NCBI GenBank assembly: GCA_002189035.1
Contig: NEEC01000013.1
Coordinates: 1,240,001-1,304,000, forward strand
Reading direction: 5' to 3'
DNA: 64,000 nt
Source: Utricularia gibba
Taxonomy: Eukaryota; Plantae; Magnoliophyta
In this document: piece by piece, positions 1 to 12,359 of the stretch
Numbering within the stretch: position 1 is the stretch's first letter
Layout of the letters: the number at the start of each line of letters is the position of its first letter
The notes under the pieces: model-generated
Told to the model about the DNA's origin: nothing
Database searches by the model: none
What the model saw: the letters and a program-made list of their open reading frames with translations, nothing else
Made by a program: the position numbers and the translations under genes

Positions 1-993
1 TCATGCTTGAAGATGATGTTGCTTCCAATGTAGCAATCGGAAATCATGGAGCCGAGTTCCTTCAGAAGCAACACCGTGATCACCGGGCAATGTCTCTTCT
101 AACTCACTGCAACACTGGCAGGTATTCACTTCTCCTTCTCCAAAAGAAGATTTTGGGGTTTTACCTGAACATTTCTTATAGCTTAGCAACTGCTGGATAC
201 GGAACTGCACTCGGCGTGATTCGCTCACTTCATGAGATGGGTGCTTTGGAAAGAGCTTACTGCACGGAAACACGGCCTTACAACCAAGTGAGTGCACCAG
301 ATGATGGGTTGTCATTGTAGCTGAAGATGGTCCATCAAACTGATAATGGTGGTTCTCAGGGTTCAAGATTGACAGCTTTTGAGTTAGTGCATGACAAGAT
401 ACCAGCTACCCTGATTGCCGATTCTGCTGCAGCAGCGTTGATGCAGGCCGGGCGGGTTAATGCGGTGGTCGTGGGAGCAGACCGCGTAGCAGCCAATGGT
501 ACCACCTATTTGAACCTGTTGTGAAACCTCTCAACAAGCTTGCATACCATGTCTCCATCGCTTTGCAGGCGACACCGCCAACAAGATTGGGACTTACAGT
601 CTGGCAATTGTAGCTGCTCACCATGGTATCCCGTTTTACGTAGCGGCTCCTTTCACCTCCATAGATCTTTCCCTTCCTTCTGGTCAAGAAATCGTCATAG
701 AAGAAAGATCTGCAAAGGAGCTTCTAAATTCCCGTGGAGGACTTGGAGAGCAAGTCGCAGCTTCGGGGATTTCTGTTTGGAACCCCGCCTTCGATGTCAC
801 CCCAGCCTCTTTGATCACCGGTATCATCACTGAAAGGGTACGAGCTTTAACCTCATGTCGTTATGCATCCACCAATGGTGATTCCATTACCTAGCACCCA
901 GTTAACATTTCTTGGTTCCAGGGTGTTGTGACGAAGGATGGTTCAGAATCGCTAGACATCAAAAGCTTCGTTGCCAAGTCGAAGTCCAGTTGA
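1..993 (+). CDS. MTI1: Methylthioribose-1-phosphate isomerase (eIF-2B alpha/beta/delta-like family), 3' part; 5' end is outside the window
   Basis: Spliced exons give [76 protein letters not shown] and [22 protein letters not shown] introns lie between them; stop TGA at 991-993. Confidence 0.95.
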
Positions 994-1355
994 CACTGAA
1001 TTGTCAAGGCCGTTTGAGAGGCTGCTTCGGGTTTTGACTGTGTTCTGTAATAAGCTATCTGTAACTTTGCATTCAATCAATAAAGCTGTGGAGCACATGT
1101 CCGCAGGTGCTGCTGCTACATGCAACTTATCATCTTGTTCTCCAGTTTAAACCATGGCAGTTGGATAATTCTTTTGAAACCAGTAATAGTGAACAATTGG
1201 CTACTCAAAGTGCATGTTTCATGAAACGAAAACAACAAATACGCAGTTTCAGAAAGAAAACATGGAGACTTTTGTCAAATGATAACTAAAAGAACCCAGA
1301 TTCAGAAGCATGACACATCCCTCTCACGAAATTTGGGAAGCAGCTTGCTCTTGGA

Positions 1356-1791
<436 letters not shown>

Positions 1792-1806
1792 TCGCGGAGG
1801 CAGCCG

Positions 1807-1906
1807 AAACCCTAGAGAAAATGCAGCAAGAGTAAAGAAGCACTAGCAATTCACAAATCAGGTGCAAAACGGCTCAAGTTACAAATCTCTAATTGGGCCG
1901 GGCCCA
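1807..1906. promoter_or_regulatory. Telo-box plus two site II elements at the 5' end of RPS29
   Basis: AAACCCTA at 1807-1814, TGGGCC at 1894-1899, GGCCCA at 1901-1906. This motif pair is typical of plant ribosomal protein promoters. Confidence 0.7.
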
Positions 1907-2713
1907 TTAAAATATCTTCCCGGCGCCCATTTTGGACTGTAATGGCTTATAAAGCTAAAAATTTAATTATAAAAAAGAATATGTGATTAAATAAAAAAAT
2001 ATTTTAATTTTATATTAGATTTTTTTCTAGAATAAAATAATATAAAACTATGAGAATTAAATTTACGAAATGAAGAATAACATACAAAAAATATATATAT
2101 CTAATAATAGTTTAGGTCAATCTGTTTTAAAATCATGTATTTAATTTAAAATTTTCCATTGAAAAAATGTATTTAATTCAAAAAAATAAATTAAAATAAA
2201 TAATCATTTTTTATTTTATAAAATTTTAAAATATATTTAAAAACTATTAAAATTCGAATAAATTATTCGCCTTGTGCTCTGAAGAAAAGTATTCTTTGCG
2301 GCAACATTTTTCTCGGAAGGTTAGCAGGAAATTTCCAGCTCTGGTTGCTCCCGCCTTGTCTTCCCAACGGAGACTTCTTCCAATTGCTGGCCACCTTCTT
2401 TTCCCTTCCGTCGCTTTTAATATTCATAGTAAGTTGTATGATAACCGTGCCAATTGCCAGTAAAGATTTTCGTTTCGGACAGAAACACGAGGGCATTTCT
2501 CTACCTTGCGGGAATTTAATAGATTCTGAAGAATTAAGAAGGGGGAATTCTGAAAAAAGGCTTATTTTTTTGGTCGGTTCTTGCTTATTAAGCCAGTTAT
2601 CCGATCACTCTTATCTGGGTTCGCTTTTGTTTGGGAATTTGGCGTTATGGTTTTGTTTCTTCACATGAGATTGTGAAATTATAGGAGCTTTAGGTCCCCT
2701 AATACCAATTTCG

Positions 2714-4564
2714 ATGATGGGGCATTATGCATGTTCCCGTAAGCGTCTCAGATTGATTGGGGGTTTCAACGGATGCTGTGTGTTGGTTTTTGTTCTCTTT
2801 TTAGCTTGCAAAGAGTACAATCGGTCTCAGAAAACAGTATATAGATATGATCATTCCGTTTACGGTGGAAGAATATTGCAGAGTACAATCGAGTCTATTG
2901 ATGAAAAAGCAATATTTGATAGCAAAGGGCCGATCAGGGATCCTATAAATTGCCCAGGGATTTATCGCCACGAGGGGTTCGACTCCAAGTGTGATTACTT
3001 GAGGGCTAATCCAGATTGCAATTCTGGGGGTTTCTTTAATTACCTCGCCTTCTTTTACTGCTACTGTTCAAAATTTCAGACCCTGGGATACGTTGTTCTG
3101 GGGATTTTATTGGTATGTGCATTTTATTTACTGGGTAGCACAGCGTCTGATTACTTCTGTTGCTGCCTGGAAAAGCTTTCATTTTTGTTGAAACTTCCGC
3201 CGACGGTTTCTGGGGTAACTCTGCTTCCTTTAGGTAACGGTGCTCCTGATGTGTTTTCTGGAATTGCTGCTTTTGTTGGTCAGAATTCTGGTGATGTGGG
3301 GTTTAACAGCGTTCTCGGTGGAGCCCTTTTTGTGACCTGCATAGTAGTTGGAGCTGTTTCCTTTTGTGTGGCGGACAAGAATTTGCAGATTGATAAGAAG
3401 TGTTTTATCAGAGATGTTGGCTTTTTCCTGGTTGCAATTTTTTCCTTGTGCATCATTCTGGCAGTTGGGGAAGTGAGCGTTCTAGGTGCTATTGCATTTG
3501 TTTCCATTTACGTATTGTACGTTTTGAGTGTTGCTGCAAAGGAGTTGCTGGGGAAACGAAGGGGATGGAATTTGTTGTCTCTCTTGCGAGCATTACCTGT
3601 CAGCAGACATGTAGAAGGAATCATCGATGATGATGCAAAATACATTCCCTTGATTGAGCTAGAATCTGAGGATGATGTCACACATTTGGTAGAGGAGCTG
3701 CCTCACTGGGCCTGGTCTACAAATGTTGCTATTTATTCTCTAGAAACTGTAAGACAACCAGATGGCGACAGGCATATCTGGTCTTCTAACTGCTGCCCGT
3801 CTCTCGACTGTTCTAAACTCAGATCAATACTTGAGCTCCCAATGGTGATTCCTCGCAGGCTCACTATCCCCATCGTGGATGAAGATAGATGGTCAAAAGG
3901 ATACGCCATGTCCAGTGCCTCTTTAGCTCCCATTCTCCTTGCCTTCCTATGGAGTTCTCAAGATAATGTCACCCCTGCTGCTAAACAAGCCGCATACGTT
4001 CTCGCCTGCTCTCTGGGCCTCATACTCAGTCTCCTTACATACAAGTTCACCCGAAGTGACCGCCCTCCGGAGCGGTTCATCCTGGCTTGGGTCTCAGGCG
4101 GCTTCCTGATGAGCATCGTATGGTTCTACATCATCGCAAATGAGCTCGTCGCATTGCTGGTGACCTTAGGCGTCATCTTCGAGCTCAAGCCATCTCTCCT
4201 GGCGTTCACAATCCTTGCCTGGGGCAACTCTTTGGGTGATCTGGTGTCGAATACCACCATCGCCAAGACCAACGAGCAGGGCGTACAGATCGCCATGTCC
4301 GGCTGCTATGCAGGGCCGATGTTCAACACTCTGATCGGTTTGGGGATCTCCCTGCTCCTCAAATCATGGCACGAAAGACCAGCACCTTACAAATTCGCAG
4401 GTGATGGAAGCTTGTACTTGAGCCTTGGGTTCCTGATGCTGTCCCTGCTCTGGTCCCTCGTCGTCTTGCCGCGAAACGACATGCTCCCCAGCCGATTCCT
4501 CGGCTCCGGCCTGGTGATCATCTACCTCATCTTCCTGGCTCTTGGTGCAACGGTTGCTGCCTGA
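2714..4564 (+). CDS. Cation/calcium exchanger (CCX, CaCA superfamily), copy 1; intronless CDS, 616 aa
   Basis: Alpha-1 repeat GVTLLPLGNGAPDVF and alpha-2 repeat TILAWGNSLGDLVSN...GCYAGPMFN. Cys-containing luminal N-terminal region and multiple hydrophobic segments. Confidence 0.93.
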   Translation: MMGHYACSRKRLRLIGGFNGCCVLVFVLFLACKEYNRSQKTVYRYDHSVYGGRILQSTIESIDEKAIFDSKGPIRDPINCPGIYRHEGFDSKCDYLRANPDCNSGGFFNYLAFFYCYCSKFQTLGYVVLGILLVCAFYLLGSTASDYFCCCLEKLSFLLKLPPTVSGVTLLPLGNGAPDVFSGIAAFVGQNSGDVGFNSVLGGALFVTCIVVGAVSFCVADKNLQIDKKCFIRDVGFFLVAIFSLCIILAVGEVSVLGAIAFVSIYVLYVLSVAAKELLGKRRGWNLLSLLRALPVSRHVEGIIDDDAKYIPLIELESEDDVTHLVEELPHWAWSTNVAIYSLETVRQPDGDRHIWSSNCCPSLDCSKLRSILELPMVIPRRLTIPIVDEDRWSKGYAMSSASLAPILLAFLWSSQDNVTPAAKQAAYVLACSLGLILSLLTYKFTRSDRPPERFILAWVSGGFLMSIVWFYIIANELVALLVTLGVIFELKPSLLAFTILAWGNSLGDLVSNTTIAKTNEQGVQIAMSGCYAGPMFNTLIGLGISLLLKSWHERPAPYKFAGDGSLYLSLGFLMLSLLWSLVVLPRNDMLPSRFLGSGLVIIYLIFLALGATVAA

Positions 4565-6405
4565 GGTTGTATTCTTATAGATCGAGTGTAGGTATCCATA
4601 CTGAACACAGATAACCATGCGAGTTTTTAGTTGGGCCTGAAGCCCATTATAGTATCAATTCAAACATATCGAATACTTATTACAAATTTATTAAAATATA
4701 TGCAATTTATAAATAGCCAATGACTATAAATAAAATTCAACTAAATTCTATGCTTAAAATTAAATATTTCTAAATTTTTATTATTAAAAAATAAAAATAA
4801 TTACTTATTCTTGGTTCCTTGTTTTTTTTAATTATAATAAAGAGAGCTATAAAGAAAATTAACATTTATTTCCGTTATTATAATGATTGTTGGGAGTTGT
4901 GACAACTCTGTAAGATTCTAGTTTGGTGAGACCGTGCGCGTCTTGTCTGGTTACCGGATTGAGGCACCTGCTGGTGCGATCCGGTCCGGTTGAGTCGGCC
5001 CAGTCCACGCCTTCACCAGTTGCTCCTCCCACTGCCGTGTACCTGTTTTTGTGCAACTTCATATGCCCCGGATTATTTTATTGCTACGCTAACTAACTAT
5101 TTTAGTTGGTAACTTTCTGGTGATGCACGACTTTCAAAGAATCATTTAGAAAAATGATCATTCATATACTTTATTTCACATACTAAATTAAAAAATTTAT
5201 ATTATAGATGATCATTTTTTTCACATAATATCTGACACCTGATTTGATTTCTAATTCATTCGATTATCGATAGCCAAATGATCAATTATAGTGTCTAGGG
5301 ATTCGGGTTTTTGATTTTGGAGCATAACCAAAGGAAAAAAAATATATTTCAAGGGGAAGGTTTTTTTAATCATGAATATATTGAAAAATAAGTTCAATAA
5401 AAACTATTAAAATTATTATAAGAGAATTGAAATTAAATTCTTGATTAAATCAAAAAAGAATTTAAACTATTTTTAAAACAAGGATATGCATTGTGGTGTG
5501 ACATTGGAGGAAAGTGGTTGGCACATGGAACACATGTAATTAGGGATATATGCATTTAAATAATAATATATTTGATAACTTGGTTTTACTTTTTTAATAT
5601 CCATGTGTTAATAATAATATATATTTGATATATTAATTTAATAATATATAATTTTTTTATAAAACTACTGCAAAACACTCCAAGTTAAATATTTCAAAAC
5701 TCAAATTCTAGATATTTTTTTTTAAAAAATCTAATTTATTAGATATTTGTTTTAAATACATCTATCAAATATAATATTATTTTAAATATATATGTTTCAA
5801 AATTATGTACGAAAGAAAGTTTAATTTGTAGCATATATTTTTAAATATAAATATATTATTAATTATACTATTGGTAGTTGAATAAGCAAATAATAATAAG
5901 TTTAAAGATTTTTGGTGTAAATTTTGGAGTGGTTTTTCTGAAAGGTGTGGATAGAAAAAAAGGCTAGTGGTTTTCATTTGTGGGGATGAGGCCGTCAGCA
6001 TCACACGGACAAAGCCAAATGCGACACAAAGAGCGACACTGCAGCATAAATCAACGCGGTGAAAAGCTACGGTGTCCCACGCGCCGGTATGCGTGTCGGA
6101 ATCATCCGTGTTCTAGAGAAGGAGAAGGGTGATGGTGTTGTTTCCCGAATTTTTGTTTCCTGTTGTCATTCATAAATGCGATATGTGGGCGGATCGTCTA
6201 CTGTATGCCTCCATCTTTTTTGAATGTGTGAACTGACGGGCACTAAAGGCCAACGCTGTATCCCTGTTCTTGCTTAATGAGGTGGGTTTCTGATCACTGT
6301 CACCTGGGTTCGTTTTTCGTCTGAGAATTTGGTGTTATGTTGTTGTTTTCCAAATGGGTTTGTGAATTGTAGGAGCTTTCAGGTCTCCTGATTCCAATTT
6401 CGAGG

Positions 6406-8257
6406 ATGGGGGTTTTAAGCGGCACAGGTTGCAGTAGGCGTGGTAGGTTGGTGGGGAGTTTCAATGGAGTTTGTGTTTTGGTTTTTGTTCTCTTTTTGAG
6501 TTGCAGAGAGTATGATCGGTCCCAGAAAACGGGATCTAGATATCATCATTCTTTCTACGGTAGAAGAGTATTGCAGAGCACAATTGAGTCCTCTGTCGAC
6601 AGAGTAACGCTTGATAGCAAAAGGCCGACCAAGGACCCTATAAATTGCCCGGGGATTTATCAACACGAGGGGTTCAACTCGAAATGTGACTACTTGAGGG
6701 CCAATCCCGATTGCAATTCCGGCGGTCTCTTCAATTACCTTGCCTTCTTTTACTGTTACTGCTATAAATTTCCAATCCTGGGATATGTTGTTCTGGGAAT
6801 TTTACTGGTGTGTGCATTTTATCTGCTGGGTAGCACTGCTTCCGACTACTTCTGTTGTTGTCTGGAAAAGCTCTCAACTTTGTTGAAATTTCCGCCAACG
6901 GTTTCTGGTGTAACTCTGCTTCCTTTAGGTAACGGTGCCCCTGACGTGTTTTCTGGAATTGCTGCTTTTGTTGGTCAGAATTCTGGTGATGTGGGGTTTA
7001 ACAGTGTTCTAGGCGGAGCTCTTTTTGTGACCTGCATCGTAGTTGCCGCTGTTTCCTTTTCTGTGGCAGATAACAACAACCCGCAGATTGATAAGAAATG
7101 TTTCGTTAGAGACGTTGGCTTTTTCCTGGTTGCCCTCTTCTCCTTGTGCATCATTGTTGCTGTTGGAAAAGTAACTTTTGCAGGCGCTGCTGCGTTTGTA
7201 TCCATTTATGTGATTTATGTCCTTTCTATTGCTGCAAAAGAGTTGCTCAGGAAACAGAGGGGATGGAAACTGTGGTCCTTCTTGCCTGTATCACCTGTCA
7301 CAAGACATTCCGAAGGAATCATCATCCAGGAGGAACCCGAGTACACTCCCTTGCTACAGCCAGAATCCGATGATGAAGTCCCGCCGTCGATAGAGAAGCT
7401 CCCGCACTGGATTTGGTCTTCAAATGTTGCTGTTTACTCACTGGAAGGTGCGGGAGTCACAGAGGAGGAGGAAAGGGCTACTTGCTGCTCATCATTCTCC
7501 TGCGCCAATCTCACATCAATACTCGAGATGCCACTGGTGATCCCTCGCCGGCTCACAATTCCGATCATCGACGAAGCACGGTGGTCGAAGGGATACGCGG
7601 TTGCTAGCGCCTGTTTATCTCCGATCCTACTCACCTTCCTCTGGAGCTCTCAGCACAGTTTCACTCCAGCTGCTACACAAACTGCATACACCGTTGCCTC
7701 CTCCCTCGGTGCCATCCTCGGCCTCCTCGCACTCATCTTCACCCGGCGCGACAAGCCCCCGGAACGGTTCGCACTGGCTGGGTCTCCGCCGGGTTCGTAA
7801 TGAGCATCGTCTGGTTCTACATCATCGCAAACGAGCTAGTCGCGCTGCTAGTGACCACCGGCGTGATCCTCCAACTCGCTCCATCCCTCCTCGCCTTCAC
7901 CATCCTCGCCTGGGGAAACTCCTTGGGCGATCTTTTCTCCAACACCACCATCGCCAAGGCCAACCCCCACGGCGTGCAGATAGCCATCTCCGGCTGCTTC
8001 GCGGGCCGATGTTCAACACCCTGATCGGCTTGGGGGTGTCGCTGCTCCTCAGATCATGGGCCGGACACCCGACACCCTACCGGGTCGAACCCGATGGCAT
8101 CCTCCTCCTGAGCCTGGGGTTCTTGATGCTGTCCCTGGTCTGGTCACTGGCAGTCCTCACCCGAACCGGGATGCGCCCCGGTCGACTCCTCGGGTTCAGC
8201 CTAGTGGCCATCTACCTGACCTTCCTGGGCCTCGGTGCGGCAATCGATAGGCCATGA
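6406..8257 (+). CDS. CCX copy 2 (tandem paralog) with two 1-bp frameshifts; pseudogene or assembly error
   Basis: Co-linear with copy 1 over its full length. A T is missing at about 7779 (ctggct[t]gggtc) and a G in the run at 8003-8005 (gcg gg[g] ccg atg). ORFs 6406-7800, 7800-8024 and 7601-8257 carry the successive frames. Confidence 0.85.
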
Positions 8258-10638
8258 ACCGGGTCAACCTAATTCCATTACAAACCCATACTAGCTATTG
8301 TATTATAAATAACAGTGGCTTCATTTTTATAATGAGAAAATTATAAGAACTAACACCTGAGTTTAACCTTAAAGTTTTAAATTTTTTTTTTAAAAAACAT
8401 TTCAATTTATCATAATTGTACAATGAATATCTAAATAGTTTTTAAAATTTTTAAAAAATTATTCGATTCACACCATTGTGAATCGTGTCTACTTTCAAAC
8501 CCTAATAAAATTTTATGCTAAGCTTTTTTGATTTAACATCTGAATTACGATAAATCAAATTATAATTCTGTTAGGATTATATCATGTTTGTATTTCTTAT
8601 GATTTTAAATAACGATGATTATATCGTATTCATGTATTATATGATTTACAATGAAGATAGTTATATTGTATCCCATATGAATTTATGATATAATGTTATA
8701 ACATGAAGTTTAAATATCAGTTAGTTTTGATAATATGAAAAGTTAAATATATAATTTTATAAGTTTATGACAAAATATTTACAAAAAAATAAATCGAAGA
8801 GTTTATTATTTAATTTTGAAACTTGATAATTAAATTTTTTATATTGAATGTAGACAAACTAAACTCTTTTTATAATGTATTGAATCTGATTAAATATATT
8901 ACAAAAAATAAAATAATTATATAAATTTTAATTTTTTTCATAAAAATTATTGAATTTGAATCCAGGAAGTACACGTGGTCCGTGGTGGGCCATAGGACAC
9001 TTATTTCATTGCGGGGCCCGCACCATGAGGAATGGGCTACTCCTCTTTGTACTTTTTTCTTTTTTCTTTTCATTTAAAATGTTGCAGTTTCAATTTTTTT
9101 TTTTTACTGATAAAGAAAAAAAGATAGATGTGTGTGGGTACGAGGGGGAGGATTGGCATCTTTGACATTGAAAACGGAATAAAGATTAAATATATTTAAA
9201 TAATCATTTATATTATATTACATGATTGATGACGAGGTTGGTCAAATCATTAAATAAAACGTTGAAAAAATTAAAATAAAAGATGGGCCCGACAGAGCCT
9301 GATCTCGCACTTGAATTAGTGGTCCAATGCTAGAGGGGCACTCAGTTAATGCATCTATCTTCACCCATGCCCTTTTTTTAATTTAATTTACTGCAGATAA
9401 AATGAATTTATATTTTTTGTGATAAAAAATAAATAGTAGCAATTTTGGGGTAATTGTTTATTATTATTATTATTATTATTATTTTACTTGATTTACTGCA
9501 GGGTGAAATAGTAATTCTGGGGGGGAGGGGTGAGGAACGGAACACGCGAGGGCAGGGAGCCACGTGCGGGGTCAGTGGAACGACGTCGTTTTCTGGGTGA
9601 GGGGGGTTGAAAAGGTCGGACCGATGTTGGGGTTGGTACGGTACCCGGGGGAGGGCGGTCCGGTCCGGAGCAGCAGAAGAGAGCTCAAAGGGAAAGCGAC
9701 AAGACGGGTCGCGGCTTGGTTACCTTAACAGTTCTCGACTTTGCACCAGCGGGTTGGTTCCCACCACCATGTCCTGCTCTGCAGCCCTGCCCTTTTAACT
9801 TGTAATTTGTTTGGTTTTTCTCGAAACTACCGCGCTTTTGATCTCCACCGTGAAAGAGGATCCCGGGTGGTTCCGGTGGGGTGGAGTGTTTTTTACTTTT
9901 TCTTCTTCGTCTTCTTTCAAATCAGCCTGACACAACTGCGTGCACTGCAGACCAAGTGTTGGATGACATAAATGAATCATTCATTCTGGGTATGGCAGAG
10001 GCTGGAATTTACGCTCATATTTACTCCCGTAACTGGCGTAGTGTAGCTTACAATTTGGGTATGTAATGGGTCTCTATGGTTACTTCCCATGCAGTAGTTG
10101 CAGGTAATATGTGAGTTACGCCACCGCCGCTGCCTCCGGTGGCAGACAGGAACCTCCTTTGTGGGTCTGCCCGCTGCTGCTCCTGCTGCAGCATCGCCCA
10201 TCTCTCCTCCTTCGCCCCCTCGACTACTACTAGTTCTATTGTTACCTTTAATTAAATGAAGCATTTTTAATGAGGAATTGCAAGATTGTGGTTGTAAAAA
10301 AGCTATTTTTTAGCAGAAATTCATGAAATGATAGTTTGTAATGACGATGTGTTTTTATTAAGAAAAAGAAGAAGAAGGAATCGTTATTGGCAAAACTTCG
10401 AGAAGGATTAAGGAACGGAACGGTTGCCGTAAATGAACCTTACTGACAGGATACATTCGCATACCTAACAACAGTGCTCTTTTCAACCATCTGTTTCCCT
10501 CTCTCACTGCAATCTCTGCGTTTTGTGTTTTTGTCAAAACGAAAAAAGATTACTTTTTTTAACTTCATACTCGCGTTTGTGGGCTTTTACAACCATTTCC
10601 AGTTTGAGGGTGAAAACTGCGTTATCTGGTCTGGAGAG

Positions 10639-12075
10639 ATGGCTGCTTTGAGGAGTAACGGCTCTGTGCCGTCGCTGCCGCCGCCACGCCCCAGATCACC
10701 GCCGGAGTATCCGGATTTGTATGGGAAACGGAAGGAGTTGGCCAAGGTCCAGATGCTGGAGAGGGAAATTGGTTTTCTAAGGGTATGCTTTTCTTTAAAA
10801 AGCACGCACTCCAGTTAAGCCACAGTTCTTCGGACATGGGAGCTTAGTGCGTGCGTCTTTTAACTATTCCCTTTCGACATAGTAAACGACATAAAAACCA
10901 TACCTTTAGAGTTTTACCCTGAAATGGACAGCACCCCTTTAATTTATTTCGCCACTTCTCTGTTCTTGGTGAGTAATTTTTCATCTCCAGTCTCAAGTAT
11001 GTGAATTTTTTTATTAAGCAGGAGGAATTGAAGTCCGTTGAGGCGCTTGAGCCAGCCTCAGTGTCATGTAAAGAGTAAGCCTTTTCTGTCTGAGTGCTTC
11101 AGTATTGCTGTTTCTAGGGACTTCTGTTGTTGCTATTCTGTTAAAATTCCGAAGAAACAATCGAATGTTTTTTTCTTTTTACTCCACAGGATTGCCGAGT
11201 TTGTGACTGGAAATGTGGATCCTTTCTTACCCACGTGAGACCAGAAATTGATTACAATTTTCAGTATTGAATTTGTGTTTGTGTCCTGGATTTGAGATAT
11301 TTATCTTGCATATTCTCTGCCTCTTTCCGGTATACAGAACCAAGGCGACTCAAAGATCATGTTGCTTCTGGAAATGGATGTGGTATTTGCCTCCCAATCA
11401 TGTTTACTCATTCTCCACTATATGTTTTTCAGCATTGCTGTTACTTCGATGTGGAAGTTTCCTTTGTTTCATGCCTAACCATCGTCTGTCTGTCTGTTTC
11501 CATGAAGCCGGTTGCCACGGCTAGTCATTTCCTGTGTATGCTGCGGTGGCTGCTCCTCCCACACGGAGATTCAATGCTGCTGCAACTGTGACAACATCAG
11601 ATGTGATTCTTGCTGCAGCAAGTGCAACAACATTGGATGTGACTCTTGCTGCTGCAAATGCAACCACATTAAATGTGACAATTGCTGCTGCTGCAGCAAG
11701 ACATGTTTCAGCTGCCGATTACCCAAACCCAAATGCCCTTCCATCTCCTGTGGTAAGAGCAGTTGCTGCAGGAAACCCGATTGTGGCGGGTGCTGCTGCC
11801 CCTGCTCCAGGTGCTGTTCCTTACCATCCTGCTCTTGCTTCCCTAAATGCCCCAAGTGCAGCTGCGTTCCTAAATGTCCACAGTGCAGCTGTGTCCCTAA
11901 ATGCCCAAAGTGCAGCTGCGTTCCCAAATGCCCAAAGTGTAGCTGCGTCCCCAAATGCCCAAAGTGTAGCTGCGTCCCCAAATGCCCAAAGTGTAGCTGC
12001 GTCCCCAAATGCCCCAAGTTCAAGTGCTCTTGTAATTGTTTTAAAAGCTGTTGGTACCCTTGCTGCTTCTGTTAG
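10639..12075 (+). CDS. AGG3: Heterotrimeric G-protein gamma subunit, type C (AGG3/DEP1/GS3-like) with a Cys-rich C-terminal tail; 5 exons
   Basis: ATG at 10639. Exons read PSLPPPRPRSPPEYPDLYGKRKELAKVQMLEREIGFLR / EELKSVEALEPASVSCKE / IAEFVTGNVDPFLPT / TKATQRSCCFWKWM / C-RLPRLVISCVCC...CWYPCCFC. The last acceptor is inferred at AG 11506-11507 and is in frame with ORF 11512-12075. Confidence 0.9.
11842..12018 (+). repeat. Coding 27-bp tandem repeat, six full units plus a partial, encoding PKCPKCSCV
   Basis: Unit approximately CC(T/C)AAATGCCC(C/A)AAGTG(C/T)AGCTGCGT(T/C), repeated in frame in the G-gamma tail. Confidence 0.95.
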
Positions 12076-12359
12076 TAAAACCAGCCCTTGAATCCTTGTA
12101 ATTGTGCATCAGTTTCACCATTTTGTTATTGATGCTTCTGTTCTTAAGGTTTTGGTCTGTGGAGAACTCATCAAGAACAGCACAATAATTCATTTGTTCA
12201 AACAAATGGGGATCCTGCTAAACAAGAACAAGTATATCACTCCTGTTTAGCACAAATCATCGACTCTATAGATGGAGAGCTCAACGTTAGTCATGGTTCT
12301 GGTGCAGGGAACTTCTTGAGAACTGCTGAATGCAACAGAGAAGGAAGGCTAGTTGAACA

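Noticed and set aside
2263-2668. Short ORFs upstream of CCX copy 1
   Set aside because: No recognisable domain; they overlap the probable promoter, 5' UTR and leader intron.
11534-12091. Ala/Pro-rich + strand ORF (185 aa) and minus-strand HFGHLGTQL-repeat ORF (11571-12023)
   Set aside because: These are alternative-frame and antisense shadows of the 27-bp Cys repeat. The Cys frame splices to a recognisable G-gamma domain.
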